This document shows, piece by piece, positions 1-8,319 of a stretch of 64,000 nt of DNA. The notes under the pieces were generated by a model. That model did no database searches. It had not been told where the DNA came from and was given only the letters and a program-made list of their open reading frames with translations. Source of the stretch: a virus. How positions within the stretch are numbered: position 1 is the stretch's first letter; each line of letters opens with the position of its first letter. Position numbers and translations under genes: made by a program. The stretch lies in the IMG/VR virus record IMGVR_UViG_3300045988_138376. One strand, written 5' to 3'.

Positions 1-5
1 TATGT

Positions 6-191
6 TTATACTTTCTCAGATTCTTCATATTCACCCGGCTTTAAGATTATAAACCTAACACCGTCTATCATAACAGAATCAACAGCATCTTTCCGAATCC
101 ATTGCGCCACAGTCTCGCGAACAACACCGCGAAGCTCCGCATAGTGACGAACAGTTACCAATCTACTAATGTCATACATCCTTTTCTCCAT
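6..191 (-). CDS. small helix-turn-helix DNA-binding protein (Xis/MerR-like guess)
   Basis: 61-aa ORF 2 nt downstream of the Rha gene on the same strand. 'VTVRHYAELRGVVRETVAQWIRKD' looks like a small phage HTH, with the same architecture as the ORF at 20887-21057. Confidence 0.45.
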   Translation of the reverse strand: MEKRMYDISRLVTVRHYAELRGVVRETVAQWIRKDAVDSVMIDGVRFIILKPGEYEESEKV

Positions 192-193
192 AA

Positions 194-895
194 TTACTTT
201 GTTTTTAATAAGTTAATAATAAAATCTCTTCCTTTACCAGTCCAACGTCTATCATATTGAATCGTTCCGTTGTCAAGCTGTATTTGTTTTACCGAAGTAT
301 ATCCTTTTTCAGAGTACTCGGAATACATCAACCATGTGCCGTTCTGCTTATACTGAATACGTTTTTCTTCAAGCAGCTTATTTAAAGCTATCGCAGACTT
401 CATCCCAAGTTCTTTGGCAATCTCACTCGATGTATATGTCTTGCCGTTATGAACGAGAAGCTTCACGTGATCTTTAGCCTCTTTTGCTTCAAGCAAAGCA
501 GCCTCTTTCGCCTTATATTGTTCAGCCCAAGCAATAGCTGCCTCAGCAGGATTTGTAAAGTCTGGCAATTGAATTACGTTTGAACGCTTCTCCATCTCCA
601 ATTCCTCCCATCTATTGATAATCTTTTCACGTAACAATGCGTCATAACCCGAAGCGAGAATTAAACAACCTTTCTTTGTTAGATTGTAACATGGCCTTGG
701 CTTTCCTTGATTATCCGAATATTCCGCCAATTCAAAATTGATTTGGCTAACGCCTTGTTCTAACAAGTTACGTATGTCACGCATTACATTAGAATGCTGT
801 TTGCTCGTGAGTACCGCAATTTCAATAGAACTCATGGTTTCTTTTGCGTTTATAGTTTCGCCAACTTTCTCTAAATTAAATTTCATTTCTTTCAT
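194..895 (-). CDS. Rha-family regulatory protein / antirepressor (Rha N-domain + KilAC-like C-domain)
   Basis: N-terminal 'SSIEIAVLTSKQHSNVMRDIRNL...GKPRPCYNLTKKGCLILASGY' is a typical Phage_pRha pattern. C-terminal 'IAKELGMKSAIALNKLLEEKRIQYKQNGTWLMY' resembles the antirepressor KilAC domain. Confidence 0.8.
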   Translation of the reverse strand: MKEMKFNLEKVGETINAKETMSSIEIAVLTSKQHSNVMRDIRNLLEQGVSQINFELAEYSDNQGKPRPCYNLTKKGCLILASGYDALLREKIINRWEELEMEKRSNVIQLPDFTNPAEAAIAWAEQYKAKEAALLEAKEAKDHVKLLVHNGKTYTSSEIAKELGMKSAIALNKLLEEKRIQYKQNGTWLMYSEYSEKGYTSVKQIQLDNGTIQYDRRWTGKGRDFIINLLKTK

Positions 896-911
896 CGTTT
901 TGATTATGATG

Positions 912-919
912 CAAAGATA
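912..919 (-). promoter_or_regulatory. Bacteroidota-type -7 promoter box (TATCTTTG on minus strand)
   Basis: Plus-strand CAAAGATA lies 17 nt upstream of the Rha start at 895 and matches the TAnnTTTG consensus. Confidence 0.45.
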
Positions 920-980
920 AAACCAATTTAGTAATTCGCAATACGCAATTTAGTATTTAACTCTAATTTAACACATACAC

Positions 981-1021
981 AAAAAAAAGAAGCGGACATC
1001 AGAAATAAATCCAATGTCCGC
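981..1021 (-). terminator. rho-independent terminator (minus strand)
   Basis: 8-bp stem GCGGACAT/ATGTCCGC (992-999 / 1014-1021). On the minus strand it is followed by TTC + T8 (plus-strand A8 at 981-988). Confidence 0.55.
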
Positions 1022-2320
1022 CCGCATATATTGAAAGAAAAGTGATGAAGAATCTAACAACGCCACAAAGGTAAGAACTAATTTCCAAATACGCAATATA
1101 AAGCCCAAATTTTAACGATCTCTCACAAACATAAGGGAACTATCACATGTACATAGAAAATGGCTAAAACACGAGAATATTAGCCTTATTTAAAGGGTAA
1201 ACGATAAACTCACTGGACGAAGATGGAGGAAACGGCTAAATCGGCAAATTTAAAAAGAAAAAAAGAGGATAACGCGAAAAACGAAATCCTCTACTCTTTT
1301 AAAGTGCAGTAGCCCCATTCAAGACGAAACAGTGCACTATGGATAAACACAATGCAAATATAGACAGAAATTGGGAAATACAAAATAAATGAAGAGAAAA
1401 TAAAAGAATAGAATACATAAAAAATATGAATAACATATTGATTTTCAGAAAAATAAAAAAAATAAAAGTAAAAAAATTTCGAGAAAGAGTAGACTGAGCC
1501 CAATATCCGAAAGCGGGGGAGGGGGAGTCCCGACGGGATATCCAGCAACAAAAGGAGGTCAAACATCGACGAGTACGCTAATACATTGGCAAAATAGAGA
1601 CTTTTATACTAAAATGGTATATCTGTATACATTGGTGTGAAATATCGCCTAATTTGGCCTTAAAACGCGTCTTATTCGTTCGTTTAGTGTTTTGGGAGTT
1701 AAAATATAAAGCTTGAAGCACGTAGAAAAGCAATATTTACGCTTTTTGAGGCGCTTTTTCATCATTTGGAGGGTGTTCTTGCGAGAAAGGGCGCGAGCCC
1801 GCCTAAACTATACCCGCTCCGCTCTTTTTTCTTTGTCTCTTTCTTTTCCTTCATTCTCCATCCTGGTACTTTCTTCATTTGCATTTTCTTTTTGCCTTAT
1901 TTTCATTCTTTCCATTTCTCTTTCTGTTATTCTTTTGATTGTATCTTTATTGCTTTCTTCTTCTCCCTCTTTTATTCTTTCTCTAAAGTTCCATTTATTT
2001 TTTCTATGATAATAATGCTCGTCATAGATTTATTCTATTGACTCTTTGTTACCGCTTGGTAACATTGTGTATTGTCTATATTATATATATATTAATATTA
2101 ATATTATATCGTGTTATATATAAATATCCAAGTAATATATATACTTCACTACGTTACGTAATATATTACATTGTATATTCATATAAACACTATAGTGTAA
2201 AATCTTCGATTTTGTTGGTATTTACAGTTAACAAACCTTTAATATGTTCTTTTGTTGTTAATAGGTGTTATCTATCTGTCTTTTTACGTGTTGTTGTTTG
2301 GCTATTCCGAATATAACACC

Positions 2321-2328
2321 TATATTTG
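2321..2328 (+). promoter_or_regulatory. possible -7 promoter box TATATTTG
   Basis: Matches TAnnTTTG and overlaps the 3' arm of the 11-bp inverted repeat ATAGGTGTTAT/ATAACACCTAT (2261-2271 / 2313-2323). Confidence 0.3.
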
Positions 2329-2716
2329 TATCAGAAACAAAGAGATAAAGATTCTCTTAAAGTTCTAAAGTAGTTCTTTCATTTACTTCCATACTGACAA
2401 ACCTGTAAGACTGGTTACAGGTTCTATTTACTACCATTCAAATAAGCAACATTCATAAGCGTTATGTTATAATGTTATCATCGTATTTTTTCTTTTATTC
2501 TTCGATGTATAAAGAAGTATTTAGGCGTTATGTGTGTAGATATACTTGTTATATCTATGTGCTTGACTTTTTTTCGTTTCCTTTACGCTGTTTGGGTGGT
2601 GTTTCTGAATAAAAGAGAAGGTTGAGGAATAAAGGTAGTACTCAACCGCTTTAATGTAGTCTTCATACATTAGGAGCAATAAATATTAAATATAAACCCT
2701 TTAAGCATATAGAGTT

Positions 2717-3109
2717 ATGAAAACAATTGATTTGATTAAAAACATTGAGGAAAAAGGAATTATCACAGAAAAAGAAATTCTTCTTTTAAAGAGACGCGCC
2801 AACAACGGTGACAGCGACGCTGCTAACTTCTATCCTGGTTGTGATAGAATTATAGAGGTTACAGATGAACAAAGTGAAAAAGGATTTAAATGGCTGTATA
2901 ACCTTTATAAAACTCCAATGGGAAAAGAAAGAAAAAACAATCCTTTCGGATATAGAGAGATGGACATTTTGGATAATTACAACGGTGAAAGATTTACATT
3001 TGTAGGTTTTTACGACGCAGGAAACCGATTTAATTCATACTATATTCCTATTTACGAATTAAACGGAATGGAGTATTATTATAACGGAGAAATTCACATA
3101 GTAGGATAA
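2717..3109 (+). CDS. hypothetical protein
   Basis: 130-aa ORF with ATG start, first ORF after the non-coding region, with non-repetitive composition. Confidence 0.6.
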   Translation: MKTIDLIKNIEEKGIITEKEILLLKRRANNGDSDAANFYPGCDRIIEVTDEQSEKGFKWLYNLYKTPMGKERKNNPFGYREMDILDNYNGERFTFVGFYDAGNRFNSYYIPIYELNGMEYYYNGEIHIVG

Positions 3110-3256
3110 CTTTAAATATCACAATGATGGAGGATAAAGATTTTTTTGGTAGTGCTATAATAACGGTTTGTATTATAGATGTTATTTTTACACTTTATTA
3201 TATATTTCACTAATTGATAAACGATTTGCAAACTTTTAAGAATAGGAGATTAAATT

Positions 3257-3520
3257 ATGAAAATGACTGATATAGAATTGTATTCTGCAAAATGTGATAT
3301 TTACGGAAACCCTCGCGTAATAGTGCATTTTCTCACATTTGTTAAACCTGATGAATCTAATTTGTCTATTGAGGAACAATATAGAATCGCACACAAAAGA
3401 GCAAAATATTTAGGATTTAGGAAATACAAAGGGAGGGATTTTGGCGGCGGTTTTGTGTGCCAATGTTGGAGCGGACCGCACCTTAAAAATAGTATTATAG
3501 AACTAATGAATAAAGCGTAA
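3257..3520 (+). CDS. hypothetical protein
   Basis: 87-aa ORF. The antisense ORF 3301-3576 is low-complexity and less plausible. Confidence 0.55.
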   Translation: MKMTDIELYSAKCDIYGNPRVIVHFLTFVKPDESNLSIEEQYRIAHKRAKYLGFRKYKGRDFGGGFVCQCWSGPHLKNSIIELMNKA

Positions 3521-3537
3521 TAATAGGAGGATATAAT

Positions 3538-3714
3538 ATGACAACTTACATTTATAAAGGAGAAAAGATCAGTCATTCAAAGTTATTAATGCTTTTGCGT
3601 TCTGCACACGTTTTTGGTGGAAGCAAGCTATCACATTACGAGGCTTTAGTGCAAGCGGCTGAGAACGGGGACGAACGTGCGACAAACATTCTTAGGGACT
3701 TAGAAGTAAAGTAA
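3538..3714 (+). CDS. hypothetical small protein (58 aa, below ORF-track cutoff)
   Basis: ATG at 3538 is preceded by AGGAGG at 3525-3530. I translated it by hand as MTTYIYKGEKISHSKLLMLLRSAHVFGG...LEVK. Confidence 0.4.
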   Translation: MTTYIYKGEKISHSKLLMLLRSAHVFGGSKLSHYEALVQAAENGDERATNILRDLEVK

Positions 3715-3862
3715 TAAACTAATAAAACCATTTTTTTAATAACATGAAACGTAGAAGAATAAATACTAAAACTTTTGTTTGTAGATGTGAAGGTTTGAAT
3801 TTACATATACTTTCATTTAATTTTAAGAAATAATAATTCAATAAACAATTAAAAACAAAATC

Positions 3863-4828
3863 ATGGAAAAGAAATTTGAACTAACAGAAAAGTATGTAGT
3901 AAACGAGTTTGGAACAAAGTTGTACCAAATCAAATGTACGAAGACGTTCGAGTATGCAAAAGAAGGAGAACTTGGAGGATATATCGAAAAAGAAGAAAAC
4001 TTAAGTCAAGAAGGTAATGCGTGGGTGTCCGACACTGCGCGGGTATCCGACGATGCGCGGGTGTACGGCAATGCGCAGGTATTCGGCGATGCGAATGTAT
4101 CCGGCAATGCGCGGGTATTCGGCACTGCATGGGTGTACGGCGATGCGTGGGTGTTCGGCAATGCATGGGTGTACGACAATGCGCGGGTATCCGACACTGC
4201 GCGGGTATCCGACGATGCGCGGGTATCCGGCGATGCGTGGGTATCCGGCAATGCGCGGGTATCCGACGATGCGCAGGTGTTCGGCAATGCGCAGGTATTC
4301 GACACTGCGCGAGTGTTCGGCAATGCGAATGTATCCGGCACTGCGCGAGTGTCCGACACTGCGCGGGTATCCGACGATGCGTGGGTGTTCGGCACTGCGC
4401 GGGTGTTAGGCAATGCGTGGGTATCCGACGATGCGCAGGTGTTCGGCTATGCGAATGTATCCGGCAATGCGCGAGTGTCCGACACTGCGCGGGTATCCGA
4501 CGATGCGCGGGTGTACGGCAATGCGCGGGTATCCGACGATGCGCGAGTGTTCGGCACTGCGCAGGTGTACGGCTATGCGCAGGTGTCCGACACTGCGCGG
4601 GTATCCGACGATGCGCAGGTGTTCGGCACTGCGCGAGTGTTCGACAATGCGCGGGTGTTAGGCACTGCGCGAGTGTTCGGCAATGCGTGGGTGTCCGACA
4701 ATGCGTGGGTGTCCGACAATGCGCAGGTATCCGACGATGCGCGAGTATCCGGCACTGCGCGAGTGTTCGACACTGCGCGAGTGTTCGGCAATGCGCGGGT
4801 ATCCGGCAATGCGTGGGTGTGCAAATAA
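3863..4828 (+). CDS. hexapeptide-repeat (left-handed beta-helix-like) protein with unique N-terminal domain
   Basis: About 50 aa of AT-rich N-terminal domain ('GELGGYIEKEENLSQEGNAWV') followed by about 45 units of [SFYL][GD][NTDY]A[RWQN]V. Confidence 0.8.
   Translation: MEKKFELTEKYVVNEFGTKLYQIKCTKTFEYAKEGELGGYIEKEENLSQEGNAWVSDTARVSDDARVYGNAQVFGDANVSGNARVFGTAWVYGDAWVFGNAWVYDNARVSDTARVSDDARVSGDAWVSGNARVSDDAQVFGNAQVFDTARVFGNANVSGTARVSDTARVSDDAWVFGTARVLGNAWVSDDAQVFGYANVSGNARVSDTARVSDDARVYGNARVSDDARVFGTAQVYGYAQVSDTARVSDDAQVFGTARVFDNARVLGTARVFGNAWVSDNAWVSDNAQVSDDARVSGTARVFDTARVFGNARVSGNAWVCK
4013..4819 (+). repeat. tandem array of about 45 x 18-bp GC-rich units (coding)
   Basis: Direct reading shows units such as TCCGACACTGCGCGGGTA (12/18 GC). 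There is no stop codon in any of the six frames across the array. Confidence 0.95.
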
Positions 4829-4866
4829 TAAGGTCAAGTTGTAATAACTGTATAAACAATAAATCC

Positions 4867-5610
4867 ATGAAAGCAATATATTTAAGGTGCTCAACCGATA
4901 AACAAGATTTTGCACAACAATTTGAATGTATAAGACAATATTTGAAGCGGATAAATGAATCATGTGATTTATACACTGTACAGGAAAAAATATCCGGTAC
5001 AGTCAAGCACACAAAAAGAAAGTTGCATGAGTTATTAGAATCATGTGATAAAGGTTCTGTTATTTATGTCTCAGAATTATCTCGTTTGGGTAGAAGTATG
5101 TCGGATCTCTTTCAAATTGTTGGTTATGCCGGAGAAAAAGATATAACATTGATTCAATGCAAAGACGGTACTGTCATAGAAAACAAATCTATAGGCGGAA
5201 AAGCCTTATTATTTGCCTTATCTTTAGCGGCTGAAATCGAGGTTGAGAACATAAGACAAAGAACAAAAGCCGGGCTTGCTGCAAAAAAAGCAAGAAACGA
5301 AGCAATAGGCGGAACGGATGATCTTTGGGGGAAAAACACAGGAGCAGACAGGGAAACGTCCCTAAATGAAATAAGAAACGAATCTGCGAACAAAAGAAAA
5401 GAGAATGCAAAAGCAAATGCAAATAACGCGTTCTTTTGGACTTTTATAAATCAATGGATAAAAGATAAAGGAGAGCCTAAAAACTGCGAAGAATGGCAGG
5501 ATATAGCGCAAAAACTCAATGCTTTGGGGCAAAAGACAGCTACAGGAATGCAGTATAATAACATTCGCGCGGCTGCAATGTATCGTAAATTAAAAAAATT
5601 AATGAAATGA
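4867..5610 (+). CDS. small serine recombinase (resolvase/invertase family)
   Basis: 'AIYLRCSTDKQ' catalytic-Ser motif, 'VSELSRLGRS' and 'EIEVENIRQRTKAGL'. C-terminal HTH-like 'IAQKLNALGQKTATGMQYNNIRAAAMYRKL'. The ATG at 4867 is used because the longer track ORF from 4021 is a repeat artefact. Confidence 0.85.
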   Translation: MKAIYLRCSTDKQDFAQQFECIRQYLKRINESCDLYTVQEKISGTVKHTKRKLHELLESCDKGSVIYVSELSRLGRSMSDLFQIVGYAGEKDITLIQCKDGTVIENKSIGGKALLFALSLAAEIEVENIRQRTKAGLAAKKARNEAIGGTDDLWGKNTGADRETSLNEIRNESANKRKENAKANANNAFFWTFINQWIKDKGEPKNCEEWQDIAQKLNALGQKTATGMQYNNIRAAAMYRKLKKLMK

Positions 5611-5912
5611 ACGAATTATCAAAATATACAGATAAAGAGTTGCGCCAAGAATTGTATAGGCGTAATAAAAAGAATAAAATAAGTGAAAAAGACAAAGATA
5701 AGTGCCTGAATTGTGTGCATAGAATATGCTATTCTAAAGCTATTAGACTTGAAAAAAAGCATTTGCTTTCATTTAAATTGGATCATTTTATGTATAAAGC
5801 TATTTGCTTGAAAAGACATGGAACTGAAAGCTGGGATAAAGATTATCATTTGTCAGTAAGCAATAATACAAAAGGTTGCGATTTATTTAAAAATAAAAAG
5901 AATTATGAATAA
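5607..5912 (+). CDS. hypothetical protein (CxxC-containing)
   Basis: 101-aa ORF whose start overlaps the recombinase stop (ATGA). Confidence 0.55.
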   Translation: MNELSKYTDKELRQELYRRNKKNKISEKDKDKCLNCVHRICYSKAIRLEKKHLLSFKLDHFMYKAICLKRHGTESWDKDYHLSVSNNTKGCDLFKNKKNYE

Positions 5913-6120
5913 AGTAAATTTAGTGGAAAATTATTTTAGGATCAAATATCCCGAAAAAAGGTATCAAATCAAAACATATTATATCATAAAAGATATATTT
6001 GGCGTAAAAGAGAACAATCTCTATATAATAGAATTTATTGATACGCAAATGGGACATCCAAAAACACTTGAATTACAAGTAAAATCGAACGAATTAAATA
6101 AAGAAAGGAGCCAAAAATGA
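5905..6120 (+). CDS. hypothetical protein
   Basis: 71-aa ORF overlapping its neighbours at start and stop (operon packing). Confidence 0.5.
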   Translation: MNKVNLVENYFRIKYPEKRYQIKTYYIIKDIFGVKENNLYIIEFIDTQMGHPKTLELQVKSNELNKERSQK

Positions 6121-6587
6121 AATATATTACATACGCATTAATAACGGCTATCGGAATTATTACTATTAGTCTTATAGTTACCATTGATTATTTTAACGGA
6201 GTTAACAAAGATCTAACCAGTAGAATAGAAGCATTAGAGACTCAGATAGAGGAGAGCCGAATCTATAATATTAGATCAAATCATTTTCAAGCTAAAACAA
6301 ATATTGCATTTGCGGTTAAAATAAATAGGCTTGAAAGATGTAATATTGACAATATTGATTTGAACCAACTTTACAATATTGACGCGAGCAATGTTAATGG
6401 GTTTATAATGGTCAACGGAGATATTTTGAATCCATTTAATGACGCCAATAATGCAGAGGAAGCCGCTGAGCTGTTTACAAAGGGAAGAATAGACTATACC
6501 AACAACTTTGCTATTGATGGTATAGTAAATAAAAACAAAGCCCTTATAGAAGTTTATAAACCCGTTGTAGAAAACAACATAAATTAA
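6117..6587 (+). CDS. membrane-anchored hypothetical protein
   Basis: N-terminal hydrophobic helix 'YALITAIGIITISLIVTI' followed by a soluble domain. Confidence 0.6.
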   Translation: MKYITYALITAIGIITISLIVTIDYFNGVNKDLTSRIEALETQIEESRIYNIRSNHFQAKTNIAFAVKINRLERCNIDNIDLNQLYNIDASNVNGFIMVNGDILNPFNDANNAEEAAELFTKGRIDYTNNFAIDGIVNKNKALIEVYKPVVENNIN

Positions 6588-6678
6588 AAAATCATGGGAA
6601 GTATCTTATTTGGTGCATGCGTAATTATATGGTTAGCATGTTTTAGTGGGAAAAATTTAACGAGATAAGGAGGTTTAC

Positions 6679-6933
6679 ATGGCTAAAGTATATATAACAA
6701 AATATGCCTTATCTACAGGTATAGAAAAAGTTGATACCGAATTATACAAATCTCCTATAGATAACAGATATTATACGCAAGTATATTATAATAGATATTA
6801 TATTGGGTCAGAAGCTTTCACTGTTGAATCACAAGCAATTGAAAAAGCTGAAGAAATGAGAGTTAAAAAGATTGCTTCTTTAAAAAAGCAGATCGAAAAG
6901 CTTGAAAAACTAAATTTTAAAAAGGAGGAGTAA
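6679..6933 (+). CDS. hypothetical protein
   Basis: 84-aa ORF with AAGGAGG 6 nt upstream of the ATG. Confidence 0.6.
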   Translation: MAKVYITKYALSTGIEKVDTELYKSPIDNRYYTQVYYNRYYIGSEAFTVESQAIEKAEEMRVKKIASLKKQIEKLEKLNFKKEE

Positions 6934-7289
6934 TGGTAGACTATCAAATATTATTAAAGCTTACATCATTCAATAATGCTATTATTACAAGGGAAGAGAT
7001 AAACGGAATAGAGGAAGAAGGAGTTTTTATTCCTCTTAAATATAATTCTATATTCCGTACCAGAGGCGGAGAGATAGCCGTAAATCTTTATGCTAAAGAG
7101 AAAAAACCAAATGCTTATGGTCAATCACATGTCATTTCTAACCAAATGAGTAAAAAGAAATATTTAGAATTGAAAGAACTTGGTTTTGAGACTGCTTTTA
7201 TTGGTAATATGAAGATAGTTAGAAATGGCGGTTATAACTACCTAAAAACGCCCAACAAAGTTTCTTTGGATGAGGCATTGGAAAGATGA
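6933..7289 (+). CDS. hypothetical protein
   Basis: 118-aa ORF with AGGAGG upstream and a start that overlaps the previous stop. Confidence 0.6.
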   Translation: MVDYQILLKLTSFNNAIITREEINGIEEEGVFIPLKYNSIFRTRGGEIAVNLYAKEKKPNAYGQSHVISNQMSKKKYLELKELGFETAFIGNMKIVRNGGYNYLKTPNKVSLDEALER

Positions 7290-7305
7290 TAAAGAATAAT
7301 TAGTT

Positions 7306-7629
7306 ATGAAAGAATGGATAAAGAATATTTGCGAGCAATTGGAATGTAGTGAGCAGCGTAAAAGGAAATTTATTCTTGAAATGTGCGATAAATATGTTGA
7401 TCCAAAGTATAATAAACCTATTGATACTACTAAAAAAAAGGAGGTTAATCAACTTTTGGGATCTGCTATTGAAATATTTCTTTTTGTTACATGGTTGCAT
7501 GAGAGAGGATATATTAAAATAACAAACAATGAATACATTGCAGTATCATCTATGATAGAGAATCGAAAGGGAGATCTTTATGTATGTCCTGAACTTATAA
7601 ACGCTTTTAGGCTTGATGTTGGACTATAA
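7306..7629 (+). CDS. hypothetical protein
   Basis: 107-aa ORF. The antisense ORF 7300-7500 is low-complexity. Confidence 0.55.
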   Translation: MKEWIKNICEQLECSEQRKRKFILEMCDKYVDPKYNKPIDTTKKKEVNQLLGSAIEIFLFVTWLHERGYIKITNNEYIAVSSMIENRKGDLYVCPELINAFRLDVGL

Positions 7630-7795
7630 AAATACTATTAATTCAAAAACGTTAATCATGGAAGAGGAAATAATTGAACTTAGAAAATTAATTTATGAAA
7701 TTATTGAAACCTTGAACGGTAGAGATGACTCCGTAAAAGAATGGATTGAAGAAAGATTATCCAATATAGAAGATGAATTTAACTATCAAAATTAA
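7613..7795 (+). CDS. hypothetical small acidic protein (start may be ATG 7658)
   Basis: 60-aa ORF. The internal ATG at 7658 avoids overlap with the upstream gene. Confidence 0.4.
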   Translation: MMLDYKNTINSKTLIMEEEIIELRKLIYEIIETLNGRDDSVKEWIEERLSNIEDEFNYQN

Positions 7796-7800
7796 CAGAA

Positions 7801-8319
7801 ATGGAAAAGAAAGAGCTTGGAGTAGGACAGTATGTATCAACGGGAACATTATTTGTTAAAAGTAGAATTAGTCCGGAGGTAACAAAGATGTCTTTAACAG
7901 ATCACGCAAAAGCAGCCGTTTTAGAGTATCTAACAGAGAGTGACGAATTTCACAAACTGGTATGCGATATAACCGGAACTGAAAGAAAGCAGGTGAAAGT
8001 CTCCCAGGAACTTGAAAAGCTGAAAGAGGACTATTCGTATGTATGTGATAGATATAAGAAGGAACAACAGAAAAGCAATTATTTGCTTAACAAATGGAGG
8101 AAAGAAGCGGCAAGGAGATTGGAAGCTGAAAAAGAAAGAGATAATGCGGAAAGACATCATAAGTTTATAGTTGATGAAATTTTCTCAATGCTGAAAGAAG
8201 TTGAATGTAGCTCTGTGAGAGGTATTGTAGATGAATTGAAGTCTGAGAGAGCAAACGGAAAATTGTTGGCGGAGGAAAACGAGATGTGCAGACGGGAGAA
8301 TGACAAACAAAGAACTTGA
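7801..8319 (+). CDS. coiled-coil hypothetical protein
   Basis: 172 aa, charged heptad-like sequence 'EKLKEDYSYVCDRYKKEQQKSNYLLNKWRKEAARRLEAEKERD'. Confidence 0.6.
   Translation: MEKKELGVGQYVSTGTLFVKSRISPEVTKMSLTDHAKAAVLEYLTESDEFHKLVCDITGTERKQVKVSQELEKLKEDYSYVCDRYKKEQQKSNYLLNKWRKEAARRLEAEKERDNAERHHKFIVDEIFSMLKEVECSSVRGIVDELKSERANGKLLAEENEMCRRENDKQRT

Larger units (their letters stand above)
921..2716. other. 1.8-kb gene-free region (candidate origin / genome-end / regulatory region)
   Basis: Only low-complexity ORFs are present. It contains a purine-rich arm, a GC-rich core, a pyrimidine-rich arm, a (TA)-rich tract and several inverted repeats (see findings). Confidence 0.4.

Noticed and set aside
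1291-2316. Track ORFs of 87-98 aa in the non-coding region (1291-1566 and 1299-1562 minus; 1713-2009, 1766-2041 and 2038-2316 plus).
   Set aside because: They are extremely low-complexity (Phe/Ser/Leu/Ile-rich) and overlap one another in two frames. They are explained by pyrimidine-rich strands lacking stop codons.
4013-4819. Could the 18-bp array be a CRISPR array or the variable repeat of a diversity-generating retroelement?
   Set aside because: There are no spacers, since the units are contiguous and in frame. I also see no reverse transcriptase gene or template repeat anywhere in the window.
3930-5012. Long ORFs on both strands and in alternate frames across the repeat array: 3930-5012 minus (360 aa), the 4021 N-terminal extension of the recombinase ORF, 4006-4413, 4017-4409, 4413-4661, 4573-4824 and 4658-4963.
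   Set aside because: They exist only because the 18-bp unit lacks stop codons in all six frames. Their products are monotonous Cys/Arg/His/Pro repeats. Only the frame continuous with the AT-rich N-terminal domain, and the recombinase ORF from ATG 4867, make biological sense.
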